DNA of 64,000 nt from Antedon mediterranea. Taxonomy: Eukaryota > Animalia > Echinodermata. This document shows, one piece after another, positions 40,736 through 53,682 of this stretch (positions are counted from its first letter, which is position 1; the number at the start of each line of letters is the position of its first letter). Under the pieces are notes generated by a model, which did not search any database, was not told where the DNA came from, and saw only the letters and a program-made list of their open reading frames with translations. Where the stretch lies: contig NC_092671.1 in the NCBI RefSeq assembly GCF_964355755.1, positions 27,354,070 to 27,418,069 of the forward strand, read 5' to 3'. A program made the translations under genes and the position numbers.

Positions 40736-41217
40736 GAAAAGATGATGAAACAGGACAGTTACAAGGAGTTATCCGCTACTAAGCGGATAACTAATAATAC
40801 AGAAAAAAAGATGATTTCATACAGTTACAAAGAGTTATCCGCTGAATGTGGATAACTAATGATTTCATACAGTTACAAGGAGTTATCCGCTGAATGCGAA
40901 TAACTAAAAAAAAAGATGATGAAACAGGACAGTTACAAGGAGTTATCCGCTACTAAGCGGATAACTAACTAGACGTGAAACCCGTCACTTTGACGAGTTA
41001 GTTATCCGCTCGACAAACGCCACGTGCACATCATGAATTTTGCACACAGAAAAAGATTATTATGACCTGAACTGAAGAATATGATGTGATGTTAGTGCTG
41101 AATGCTGTATATTTTGTGTCGTATAGTATACACAGTATAATCTGTATAAATATCACAAACAGTGTAAAATATCTGAAAACTAAAAAAGTAACAGGACGAT
41201 TACAAGGAGTTATCCAC
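40736..41217 (-). mobile_element. Cluster of Helentron-like (HINE) termini
   Basis: Four tandem ACAAGGAGTTATCCGC-loop-GCGGATAACT hairpins (40760-40966), one opposite end (AACTAG..CCCGTCACTTTGACGAG..AGTTATCCGC, 40967-41009) and a fifth head cut at 41217. Confidence 0.65.
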
Positions 41218-44200
41218 GGGTATTGCTAAACTGCGCAAACACTGCGCAAACAACAAAAAAAGCTGCGCAAACCTCCTTCAAACCAATTAATATTTATTAG
41301 AACACAACTAGAACTATATAGGGAGACAATTTATGAGAAAAAAAATTTGAAATCCCTTTAAGTTTGCCTTTTTTGGTGTGAAAAACTTCAATTTTTGGGA
41401 AAATTACTGATTTCACAGCGCAAACAACAAAAAAAGCTGCGCAAACCTCCTTCAAACCAATTAATATTTATTAGAACACAACTAGAACTATATAGGGAGA
41501 CAATTTATGAGAAAAAAAATTTGAAATTCCTTTAAGTTTGCCTTTTTTTTTGGTGAAAAACTTCAATTTTTGGGAAAATTACTGATTTCACAGCGCAAAC
41601 AACAAAAAAAGCTGCGCAAACCTCCTTCAAACCAATTAATATTTATTAGAACACAACTAGAACTATATAGGGAGACAATTTATGAGAAAAAACATTTGAA
41701 ATTCCTTTAAGTTTGCCTTTTTTTGTGTGAAAAACTTCAATTTTTTGGAAAATTACTGATTTCACAGCGCAAAGAACAAAAAAAGCTGCGCAAACCTCCT
41801 TCAAAACAATTAATATTGATAGAACACAACTAGAACTATATAGGGAGACAATTTATGAGAAAAAAAAATTTGAAATTCCTTTAAGTTTGCCTTTTTTGGT
41901 GAAAAACTTCAATTTTTGGGAAAATTACTGATTTCACAGCGCAAACAACAACAAAAAGCTGCGCAAACCTCCTTTAAATCAATTAATATTGATTAAAACA
42001 CAACTAGACCTATATAGGGAGACAATTTATGGGGAAACAAATTTGAAATTCCTTTAAGTTTGCCCTTTTTTTGGGTGAAAAACTTAAATTTTTGGGAAAA
42101 TTACTGATTTCACAGCGCAAAAAAAAAAAAAGCTGCGCAAACCTTCTTTAAATCAATTAATATTGATTAAAACACAACTAGACCTATATAGGGAGACAAT
42201 TTATGGGGAAAAGAATTTGAAATTCCTTTAAGTTTGCCTTTTTTTGTGCGAAAAACTTCAATTTTTGGGAAAATTACTGATTTCACAGCGCAAAGAACAA
42301 AAAAAGCTGCGCAAACCTCCTTCAAAACAATTAATATTGATAGAACACAACTAGAACTATATAGGGAGACAATTTATGAGAAAAAAATTTGAAATTCCTT
42401 TAAGTTTGCCTTTTTTTGGGTGAAAAACTTCAATTTTTGGAAAAATTACTGATTTCACAGCGCAAACAACAACAAAAAGCTGCGCAAACCTCCTTTAAAT
42501 CAATTAATATTGATTAAAACACAACTAGACCTATATAGGGAGACAATTTATGGGGAAACAAATTTGAAATTCCTTTAAGTTTGCCTTTTTTTTGGGTGAA
42601 AAACTTCAATTTTTGGGAAAATTACTGATTTCACAGCGGAAAAAAAAAAAGCTGCGCAAACCTTCTTTAAATCAATTAATATTGATTAAAACACAACTAG
42701 ACCTATATAGGGAGACAATTTATGGGGAAAAAAATTGGAAATTCCTTTAAGTTTGCCTTTTTTTTTGTGAAAAACTTCAATTTTTGGGAAAATTACTGAT
42801 TTCACAGCACAAATAACAAAAAAAGCTGCGCAAACCTCCTTCAAAACAATTAATATTGATAGAACACAACTAGAACTATATAGGGAGACAATTTATGAGA
42901 AAAAAAATTTGAAATTCCTTTAAGTTTGCCTTTTTTTGGGTGAAAAACTTCAATTTTTGGGAAAATTACTGATTTCACAGCGCAAACAACAACAAAAAGC
43001 TGCGCAAACCTCCTTTAAATCAATTAATATTGATTAAAACACAACTAGAACTATATAGGGAGACAATTTATGAGAAAAAAAATTTGAAATTCCTTTAAGT
43101 TTGCCTTTTTTTGGGTGAAAAACTTCAATTTTTGGGAAAATTACTGATTTCACAGCGCAAACAACAACAAAAAGCTGCGCAAACCTCCTTTAAATCAATT
43201 AATATTGATTAAAACACAACTAGACCTATATAGGGAGACAATTTATGGGGAAAAAAATTTGAAATTCCTTTAAGTTTGCCCTTTTTTGGGTGAAAAACTT
43301 CAATTTTTGGGAAAATTACTGATTTCACAGCGCAAACAACAACAAAAAGCTGTGCAAACCTCCTTCAAACCAATTAATATTGATTAAAACACAACTAGAC
43401 CTATATAGGGAGACAATTTATGAGAAAAAAAAATTGAAATTCCTTTAAGTTTGCCTTTTTTTTGGTGAAAAACTTCAATTTTTGGGAAAATTACTGATTT
43501 CACAGCGCAAACAACAAAAAAAGCTGGGCAAACCTCCTTCAAACCAATTAATATTTATTAGAACACAACTAGAACTATATAGGGAGACAATTTATGAGAA
43601 AAAAAATTTGAAATTCCTTTAAGTTTGCCTTTTTTTGTGTGAAAAACTTCAATTTTTGGGAAAATTACTGATTTCACAGCGCAAAGAACAAAAAAAGCTG
43701 CGCAAACCTCCTTCAAAACAATTAATATTGATAGAACACAACTAAAACTATATAGGGAGACAATTTATGAGAAAAGAAATTTGAAATTCCTTTAAGTTTG
43801 CCTTTTTTTGGTGAAAAACTTCAATTTTTGGGAAAATTATTGATTTCACAGCGCAAACAACAACAAAAAACTGCGCAAACCTCCTTTAAATCAATTAATA
43901 TTGATTAAAACACAACTAGACCTATATAGGGAGACAATTTATGGGGAAACAAATTTGAAATTCCTTTAAGTTTGCCTTTTTTTTGGGTGAAAAACTTAAA
44001 TTTTTGGGAAAATTACTGATTTCACAGCGCAAAAAAACAAAAAGCTGCGCAAACCTTCTTTAAATCAATTAATATTGATTAAAACACAACTAGACCTATA
44101 TAGGGAGACAATTTATGGGAAAAAGAATTTGAAATTCCTTTAAGTTTGCCTTTTTTTGTGCGAAAAACTTCAATTTTTGGGAAAATTACTGATTTCACAG

Positions 44201-44867
44201 CGCAAACAACAAAAAAAGCTGCGCAAACCTCCTTCAAACCAATTAATATTGATTAAAACACAACTAGACCTATATAGGGAGACAATTTATGGGGAAAAAA
44301 ATTTGAAATTCCTTTAAGTTTGCCCTTTTTTTGGTGAAAAACTTCAATTTTTGGGAAAATTACTGATTTCACAGCACAAACAACAACAAAAAGCTGCGTA
44401 AACCTCCTTCAAAACAATTAATATTGATTAGATAACAACTAGAACTATATAGGGAGACAATTTATGGGAAAACAAATTTGAAATTCCTTTAAGTTTGCCT
44501 TTTTTTTGGGAAAATTAAAGATTTCACAGATTTAAAGGCCTGCGCATACCCCCAAAAAAGCTGCGCAAACCTCCTTCAAATCAATTAATATTGATTAGAT
44601 AACAACTAGAACAATATAGGGAGACAATTTAGAAAAACATTTTGAAATTGCTGTAAGTTTGCCTTTTTTTTTTAAATTAAAAAATTTAAATTACAGATTT
44701 CACAGATGTCAAGGTTTGCGCACACTGCGCAAACACCAAAATAAGCTGCGCAAAAGAACACAACTAGAACTATATAGGAAGACAATTTATGAAAAAACAA
44801 TATTGAAATTCCTGTAAGTTTGTCTTTGTTTGGGTAAAACAATTTTTGGGAAAATTACAGATTTCAC
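41218..44867 (+). repeat. Left TIR arm: ~174-bp tandem unit, ~21 copies
   Basis: TTTCACAGCG recurs at 41411, 41586, 41760...; innermost units (44520-44867) diverged. Confidence 0.95.
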
Positions 44868-45011
44868 AACGGAAACTTTAAAAAAACAGAAACAAGAAAA
44901 AATTTTTTTTTCAAATATAACTTTTTTTAATGAAATGTTTCGCAATTATTTACCTTCAAAGTTTTTTTATAACATTCTACTGTATTTTCAAATCAACATA
45001 AAGCTTTACAT

Positions 45012-47300
45012 TTACAATGCTCTTTTTTCTTTTTTTCTGGTTTTGTTAGCCCTTTTTGAAGTATTTTGTCCCTTTTTTTTGCCACTAGTATATGGAGGAT
45101 TAGTTGTGGACAACTGTCCATTTGTGGAGGTAGTAACATTTTCCTTTTTAATTTTCGGTACGAATTGAGAAAACTTATAAAAGTGTGCATTTCTTTCTTC
45201 TTCAGTCATCGAGCTCCACATTAATTGATCGAGTTCAAATTTCTTAAAATCATTTGATAGTTTGTATCCTCCCATATTTACAAAAGACATTTTAACGTCT
45301 TTATATTGACCCGTAACCATTTTTTCCAACATAAGAACTAAATCCGGCAGTTTCTTTTGCTTCCAGTCTGCAAAGGCTTTAATTGAATGATTCATTGATT
45401 CATTGTTGTTATTTGTCCAACTGCCTATTAATTTCTTGTGCCAAAGCTTTTCCTTTAATTTCGGAATCATCTTATTCGTGTAATCCAGTGCATCTGGTAC
45501 AACATTACCAACAAATTCTCGTAGTAAATTTTCTGTTATTGCAAAAGATTCTTCTAAATTTGTGTTGAGCAATTGTATTACTTTTTTATGTATAGAGGTT
45601 CTTACATTTCTTGCATATTTTCAAGCATGTGTTTTCTGCATAAGACATGTTTACAATGGAAAGTGTCCACAAATGCTTTGTGCATAGCCAATTCGTCATC
45701 TGTTCCTACTATCAAATTACTAAAATCTTTAACGCCAATACTTATCAAATTATACTTAAGAAAATAGTAAAATTCCGCAAAGGCTAATTGGTCGCTCTTA
45801 TGGTGAAGTAACATAGGGCCAAAAAAAACTGGATGTTCATTGTCCATTTTAGTGACAGATAGGTTTTTATAGACCATAAGCGTAAGATAGGTTTTGCCTA
45901 AATTGAAGGTTTTGTCAATGCCCAAAACAGTTTTTCCAGAGCAACAAAACCGTTTAATGTCATTAAGTTGTTCTTTTGCGAAAAGCACAAATGCAGGTGC
46001 TTGGCCTTTGATGAATACCGTTTTTTGTAGAAAATCATTTTCTGTCAACATGTTGAGAACTTCTAATACTTCATCAGCGTAATTTTGAGTGTATGGTTTA
46101 CAACGACAACATTTGCTGTTCCTTTTATCGTTTTGTTTTAAGTTATAAATTTGCTTTCTATTCCGTAGTTCATCTTGAGTGTCTCTATATGTTTCGGATG
46201 GAGTTTTAAAGTGGCATTGATTCCTTACTTTATTAAGAATTTCAGGGTCTGTCCTTACATATGATTGATTGTATTTAGAGTTCCCGTGTGGTGCAGTTAC
46301 GTTTAACACTCCTCTGTATTCGTGAACAGCTACATATTTTCCATTTATTGTGTCATCAATGTAAGTAATTTTCCGTTCGTAATTGGTGGCACGTTTCTTA
46401 GAATAATAGCGATGGACATTAATAGTTCTAGCATCACCTTCCACAACTAACTCGGTGTACTTTTGAATTTTACCCTTTTTCTTGGTTTTTTTGTAAAATC
46501 TCCCATCATCTATCTTGTCAACAAATATTAAAGTATTGCTATTATTTACCAAATATGTATGTTTCACCTTTGAATTCCGTTGCCAGGCACCACAATCATC
46601 GTTAAACACATTGTTTCCATTCGTTTGCATTTTTCTTAAAACAACACAATAAGCATTATTCTTGACACCTTTAGGCACAGATTGTAATGGAATTGAGGAA
46701 TTCATTTCCTCCCAAATGTTTTCAATATTTAAAAATACACCATTTTGTAGTTCTTTTAAATCACCTTTGATGTTAACTGTACTTCTGTTACTATCATCAC
46801 TGGTAACATCTTGATGACTCTCCTTGTAGCTTTCACCATTGTCGTCGCTATCATTGTTAGTGTCTATACCGCTGTTGCACGTTTCATCATTTGCGAAATT
46901 GGAAGTATCATTGTCGTCGTTATCTTCTCTTGTAACATTTGTTTCATTGTTAGTGTCTATATCGCTGTTGCACGTTTCATCATTTGCGAAATCAGAAGTA
47001 CCATTGTCGTCGTTATCTTCTCTCGTAACATTTGTTTCATTGTTAGTGTCTATATCGCTGTTGCACGTTTCATCATTTGCGAAATCAGAAGTATCATTGT
47101 CGTCGCTATCTTCTGTTGTTTCATTCATTTCATTGTTAGTGTCCAAATCGCTGTTTAATGTTCCACCATTTGCGAAATCAGAAGTATCATTGTCAACATC
47201 ACTTGTGAGAGCATCCACGTCGACTTGCATTATATTTGGTTCATTGTCAGTTTCCATATCTTCATTCTCCGTTTTAATAACACAATCAGCATTCCAAAAA
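45012..47300 (-). pseudogene. MULE-family DDE transposase exon, frame-broken at ~45575-45605
   Basis: TVLGIDKTFNLG (D1), PVFFGPMLLH, IVGTDDE (D2), LCRKH (CxxH), WTNNNNESMNH (E); TGCTTTAACAG acceptor at 47301 extends the ORF upstream of the first ATG. Confidence 0.85.
46840..47195 (-). repeat. In-frame 87-bp (29-aa) acidic repeat, ~4 copies
   Basis: DNDTSDFANDETCNSDIDTNNETNVTRED repeated in ORF 45602..47257. Confidence 0.9.
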
Positions 47301-47887
47301 ACTGTTAAAGCAAAACAAATGTAAAATAAGATACAGTATTTAAACTACAAAACTGTAAAATTAATTTTATGAACAGTTTGTGGCAATTTGCTGAATTTAT
47401 GATTCATTTTTTGTTTAGAGACATTCTGCAAGCTGTGGGCCGCGGCCAAGAAACATTTTTTTAAGAGCCATGAGGTGACTTTGAATTTAAAAATTAAAAA
47501 AATTAAATAAAGAAGACAATAATGGGCAATACTCCTGTCACATGTTTGACATTCACAAAAACAATTTTAGCCACCGTAAAGTGCCTTTATTTAAAAGGAA
47601 TACAGTATGTGTTGGGACCTTCGGGCTAAGCTTAATTTCTTGTGGTCAAATATAAACATTAAAAACTAAACAAACATTACATGAGGGTCACTTCTTATAT
47701 TGAGGCGCTATAAAGATTGAAATATAATGTATAAATAAAAATGACCAACGTTAATTAGAATCCAATAATAGTTTTAAAACACAGCTCAATGCCAAAGGAA
47801 AACAGATTTAATTAATAATTAGTGCATTGCCCGCAATGATTTTGTTGACAACCACATCACACTGAATTTTGCCTGTCTGTCTGTAAC

Positions 47888-49894
47888 TAGGTATCCCAAT
47901 GAAAGCGCACCGAGGGGTATCACTTTTGAAATATTGACGAAATTCGAAAAAGTAGTATGACTTTGATGTTAAATAAATCGTATTCAGTCTTAATTAATAC
48001 TTACAAAATTTATATTGTTTGAAAGTACTTGTTTTAATCTATGTATAAGTGTGTTTATAATTAAAATTAATGAATTAGTTGCCGAGAAAATGCGATTTTA
48101 AAACGGTTCTAAAATCCCGTCGAGCCGATTTCCGCGCGTTGAAAACCTCATCGGAAAATCCCCATCAGTTTTCAAAACACGATCGCACGATTACCATTGG
48201 AGCTAGCGGATTAATTTTTGTTGTATGTTATCAGGCTTTAAATAAGCTTTAATTTGATACGAAAATCGTCTTCTATAAATAGGTTTTTCGTAACGAAAAG
48301 TCATTTTTTGTGACAAAAATCCAATTTTGATTCACCGTTTATGGAAAAATATTATGGATTTTGGTATTAAATTATAGCTAAATCTACATTGAAATCGATA
48401 AAACATAGTTTACAAACGTATTGTGCATGGTAATTGAGCGAACTACATTTTAAAATGGTGCATGAGGCGTAAATCCCGTTCAAAATTTTAAAGATCCAAC
48501 CATTATAATCCGGTGAATATTGTAGTGAGTAAAATATTGTACTCTAAAATACGCGCGTGTTTGTTGTGGCGTTTTCCGTTAAATACATTAATGCACCCTA
48601 TCAGCGAATGGTACGTTCCATATTTTGAACACGTTGTTTAGTTTTCCTCGCTCGAGTTCGACCGGCTCGACGCGAGATGTGTGACAGCAGCGATGTCGGA
48701 GATTGACATGTCCTTTTCCGTCGTAGAATATCTGGTTTTACACATTAATTTAACAACTTAAAATTGATGTAATGTGCGGAAGATTTATTATGCAAGTATA
48801 CAATGCAAATGCGTTAGGTTAAAATGAAATTTATTAAGCTAATTTACCAACGTTACATTTGACTCTGTATACGGCGGCCGAAAGTCATTAACTGCGACCG
48901 AAATACTTTAACGGAGCGACTACTGATCGCGAGTAAGCCTTGACTTGGCCTAAACTTTAGCTCCGTATTTCAATTTAATAACGTAATAATACGAAAAGAA
49001 AACAATTTTTATAATGTTATATATACTATTCAGGTAAACAATTAATTGTTTTAATTAACATTGATTATTTTAAATGAGTTTATTTTGACCCATATTGTGC
49101 GTTTGCCTTAAAAGAGCATATCTTACTTAGCAGCCCGGCTTAGATTTGGTGACATAATCATATGGGCCTAAAATCTTGTTTTACGTATTCAAAAGTTATA
49201 TATAATAGTATTTATGATTGAAATTATAAATATAAAGTATATTAAAATATTCTAATAATTATACTTACCGAAAAATAGTGTAAAAGAAAAGAAACAGTAC
49301 ACACCGTTTTTAACATACTTTTTCATTTTTTCTTTTTATAATTTTAAATTTCACCATTACAAAATTTTTTTTTTTTCATATACACATCTAAAATATATTT
49401 ATTAATGAAATATACACTACATTCTAACAAGTACAAAAAAAATTAAATGAATTAGTACAGTAGTTCAAAAGTTACAGATCATTGAAAAATAGCAGTTTTT
49501 TCATTTTTTAGGGAATTCCAGCAAAAATGGGCGTTAAATGCTTTCCTACCACTTTGCGGACCAATAATTTAAAAAATAGGTTTCGTTGAGGCTCCAAAAA
49601 AAATAGAGTTGTACAACTCTGTGATATCTATAGGTTTAACAAAATTCAAAACTTTTAACTAATTATTGTAAAAGTTATAACCTTTTAAAAATGCTTCCAA
49701 TTTCAACTGCAAAAAACACCATTTTTAGGCAAAAAATCGTATATTTTTTTACCACTTTAAATAACCATAACTTTAGAACGGGTAATCGGATTTCAATCAT
49801 TTAAATCGCAAAATGCTAATTACATTAAGTTCTTTATGGTTAACTGAAAGAAAATGTAAAAAAATTAATCTGAATTTTTTCATTGGGATACCTA
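47888..49894. mobile_element. 2.0-kb non-coding TIR element with 7-bp TSD interrupting the OTU exon
   Basis: TAGGTATCCCAATGAAA / TTTCATTGGGATACCTA TIR; CTGTAAC at 47881-47887 and 49895-49901. Confidence 0.85.
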
Positions 49895-50342
49895 CTGTAA
49901 CACCTCTTCCAACTATCTTTTTTGTGCAAATTCTGCTGTAAGAATCCTTCTCTGACAATGGTGGTCTAACACATGTAAATGAAATCCTTAAAGCAGCACT
50001 AACAGCATACATTTCAAGCATTGACGCCCATTGTCCTAGTTGTGCCACATGCATGCCTATGTTCTCACTGTGGGTAATTATTGGCCATAAACTTTGTAGA
50101 GCTGGTAGCATGAAACGCGGGTCTGTTGTGTTATACAGAGGTGAATGTTCCATAATTTCTAAGACAGTTATAAGTCTCACATAAGGATGGTGTTCTTCAG
50201 AACCAAACATTCCCAGTGAAACAGCTCGAAAGAAACAATTTCCATCGCCTTGTGTGCACATAGGATTTGAATCTTCACCAGTTAGTTGAAACATGAGTTT
50301 CCGTGCCTGCACATCTATGGATAACTCTTGAACAGGAGCAAT
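49895..50342 (-). pseudogene. OTU-like (vertnin-type) cysteine-protease exon of the MULE gene; continues below 47888
   Basis: CTTACTAG acceptor; TQGDGNCFFRAVSLGMFGSEEHHPYVR, GQWASMLEMYAVSAAL; removing the insertion restores GRGVTDRQAKFSVMW. Confidence 0.8.
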
Positions 50343-50576
50343 CTAGTAAGATGTAAAGTTTAAAGTTACTAACATAAACATTTATTATTCACTGGGTGGC
50401 CAGCATGACCAGACACCTATGCCAAATTTTACGATCAAAATGGATTTACAGTACATGTACATTATTATATTATAGGTGCATTCCACAGTACTGTAATTGA
50501 CATAATTAAAAAATAGGCATACTTCAGAATTTATTTCATGTCAAAGATTGAAAATGCAAATGTTATGCCGTAATCA

Positions 50577-51920
50577 TCTATATATAAATTTACGTAAGGG
50601 CAAAATTCGGTAAATCGCGCCTTACTTCTAGAATTTTTACTCGATGGTATGTAAAGTTGGTTCGTACTTTCGGTACTGATTTTAACCACCTGATGTAACC
50701 CTATTTACTAATTAAATTAAGTTAGATAATTAGTTATTGACGATTAAAACGAATTTAGGTTCAACGATTTGTCCCAAATAGGGGTGTTTCCCGATCGTGG
50801 TATACACTGTCTAATGGATGTCCATCTTGAAAAATACCTGCCACAAAAATGCGAGGAGGCTTCGCATTTTCCTATCTCCTCCTACGATAATTGTTTTTAA
50901 TAGCTGAAAACCGGTTGAACAGCTAGAGTACAGCATCATAATGTTGAAGACAGGCCGATTTTCTTTAAAAAATACTATTTTGATAGATTTAATATACGAT
51001 TATACAAATGTATTGATTTGCGGTGAATGGAACATCCCCATCTCTCAGTCTGCCAGAGTTTGGTTTAACACAAGTAGGTAAATTTATGAGCCCTTGGTTT
51101 AACACATACGGTAGGTAAATATATGGGCCCTTTGAGAATAAACTTGCAATACTTTGACAATACTGTAAATACCTATTAACTATTTTTGGTCCTCATTTGA
51201 ATCGAACATTTCTTACTGTGAATGTTCGTACTGTTAGATGTAATATAAAAATATATACAAATAAACTTTATTACTGAGATTGTGGTTAGGCTCTACTGTT
51301 AGATATATAAACACATTATTATATACAAATAAACTTTATACTGACAGTTCCCTGTCGACGTTTGTATTAATTATTAATTAATAATTACCAATAATATAAA
51401 CGTCGTAGTGGTGTATTACTCCATGGTGTATCGTGACATGTACTTTAATATTTCAATCAATTATGACAGTGACAGTTTTAACAAAGTATTAAATCGCAAA
51501 TGTTTTACTGTATTTAGAGGTATATTATTTATAGGCCTATAAAACATGAACAAAATATTTCGTTACTGAGTGGATAAAGAATATATTTAAAAATTGTTCC
51601 TCTTTGTACCTATCCGCTTTCCCATCCCTCAAACCTAATGTTACATACAAAACACAAATTGGGTTTCTTTAAATGAGTCCAAATCAACAATTTGGACTCA
51701 TTTTGTGATAAGTTTCTCCTTCGGAAGTAATTCTCAGGGTGCTAATTTTAGTTGACTACATAAATCATCGTGTCTATTTATTCGTTTCTGTAAACGACAA
51801 TGTATTATATAATAGTACATTTGAAATCGCCAGTTTTGTTACGCTGAAATTGCTGTGTATTCGAGAACCATCTGTGGGCACGACCTAGATGGTACGCAGC
51901 GAAGTGAGCGTACCATCTAG
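50577..51920 (+). mobile_element. Non-autonomous Helitron in an intron of the MULE gene
   Basis: A|TC 5' start; 3' CTAGATGGTACGC..GCGTACCATCTAG hairpin ending in CTAG; second copy at 14254-17000. Confidence 0.8.
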
Positions 51921-52701
51921 GAGACATAATTACATTTAAATATTGCCTATATTTGTTTATTAGTAAATTATATATGTTTATTAGATGTACTTTTTATGAT
52001 TTGTGATGGTTTTAGAAAATGTCCTCTAAATATATCATAATTCCTGTCCTAAATCTTAATTGTACTGCAGTAAATTTTTTTAGTTTCCATCAGTAAAATC
52101 CAATTTCATATCCTTGAGTTTACTATGCTATATTTCGAAAATATACATTTACAATTATAATAATAACTTCATAATACAACGTTACGGTTTTGACCGGCAT
52201 TACATAATGCCCAAGGGCATTACACGTGAAAAAAAAAAGAGTTTTACTTAAATTGTAAAGGGAAACGTAATATAGGATTATTACACATCATTTTAGTTTT
52301 TACAATACAAAGATTAAAATTTTAGGAGTAGATCCAATTTTGCCCTTTTTTAATTCCCACTAAAAAAAGATGTATTTAAATAGTCATTTGAATGAAATAT
52401 GATAATATTATTTATTATTTTGTTATCTGTTGTTACTAGAGACAAATTTAATTTTAATGTGTCAGTCACATTTAAATATTTTCATACCTACTCAAACTTC
52501 AATATAAGCAATAATTAAAGTTTCATTGATCAGATATAGCAAATTAAACTTTAAAAGTGTAAAGTCTGTGGTTAAAAAATACTGTGATTATATCAACATT
52601 TAAAATACTGTATTAATACATATGCTGAATTGCCCATATTCAAATCTGATACTATAGAAAACAATTCTTTTAACAAAAAAGCATTAGAAAAGCCTACATA
52701 C

Positions 52702-52897
52702 CTTAGGCAAGTAATCCTTATTCTTCTGTAGTAATGTCCTTTCAGATTGCCAAATTGTCTCTCCATTTCGGATTTGCCTTAAAGCGGATAAGCTGTCATA
52801 AAGTCCGTCAACAATGTATGGGTTTTCGATCTTTCTCCTTTTCCGAAATTGAGGTCCACGTCCCTTCTTGAACCGCTTGGTTCTAAACACTGACCAA
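52702..52897 (-). CDS. Predicted exon 2 of the MULE-internal gene (basic, NLS-like)
   Basis: TCATATAG acceptor, AAG|GTATGT donor; open WSVFRTKRFKKGRGPQFRKRRKIENP...YLPK; phase 0 matches the OTU exon. Confidence 0.6.
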
Positions 52898-53247
52898 CTA
52901 TATGAATACACAACATTTATGTCAATTAATGCTTGTTAGTTTATAAATGACAAACTTAACAATTTATACTAAATATTAATAAAAGTACTAAATAAAGTAC
53001 ATACTGTACTGTAATACTTTTTTATCTACGTTTTTTATGTTTAATTGTACGTTCGCAGTAATACTGTAGGTCTTAAATCCCTAGACCTTCTTTAAAGTAC
53101 AGTATATATATTTATACTGTCCTATACTTACTTACTATTATTACACACATTAGTGTACGTGTTATACCAAAACAGCAATATCATATATATAATTACATAT
53201 TTTAGCTAGCAATATAATTGGAAAAAAAGTAGTAGAAGATAATTTAC

Positions 53248-53261
53248 CTTTCATGATCCAT
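53248..53261 (-). CDS. Predicted first coding micro-exon (MDHE) of the MULE-internal gene
   Basis: GACATGGATCATGAAAG|GTAAAT; phase 2 matches the exon at 52897. Confidence 0.45.
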
Positions 53262-53277
53262 GTCTATAACTGGCAAC

Positions 53278-53682
53278 AGTTATCAGAAGTTAAAACAGCA
53301 GCAAAAAATAAGTTTTATGAGGAACGTCAGCAGTAGTTGTATTCAAAATAATCGTAAGCGATGTTTAACAGTTGAGAAAGTTATCAGAAGTTAAAACAGC
53401 AGCAAAAAATAAGTTTTATCAGGAACGTCAGCAGTAGTTGTATTCAAAATAATCGTAAGCGATGTTTAACAGTTGAGAAAGTTATCAGAAGTTAAAACAG
53501 CAGCAAAAAATAAGTTTTATCAGGAACGTCAGCAGTAGTTGTATTCAAAATAATCGTAAGCGATGTTTAACAGTTGAGAAAGTTATCAGAAGTTAAAACA
53601 GCAGCAAAAAAATAAGTTTTATCAGGAACGTCAGCAGTAGTTGTATTCAAAATAATCATAAGCGATGTTTAACAGTTGAGAA
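53278..53682. repeat. 101-bp tandem repeat, 4 copies
   Basis: AGTTATCAGAAGTTAAAACAGC at 53278, 53379, 53480, 53581. Confidence 0.95.

Noticed and set aside
45530-45605. Short intron repairing the transposase frame
   Set aside because: Donor is phase 2, but the candidate AGs checked are phase 1
46811-47324. Plus-strand hydrophobic/Ser-rich ORFs
   Set aside because: Antisense shadows of the 87-bp coding repeat
49797-49894. C-terminus of the OTU ORF (VGIPMKKFRL...)
   Set aside because: Read-through into the inserted TIR element
7813-50342. Functional link or capture between host USP37 and the transposon OTU
   Set aside because: Different protease folds and no sequence similarity; proximity is probably chance
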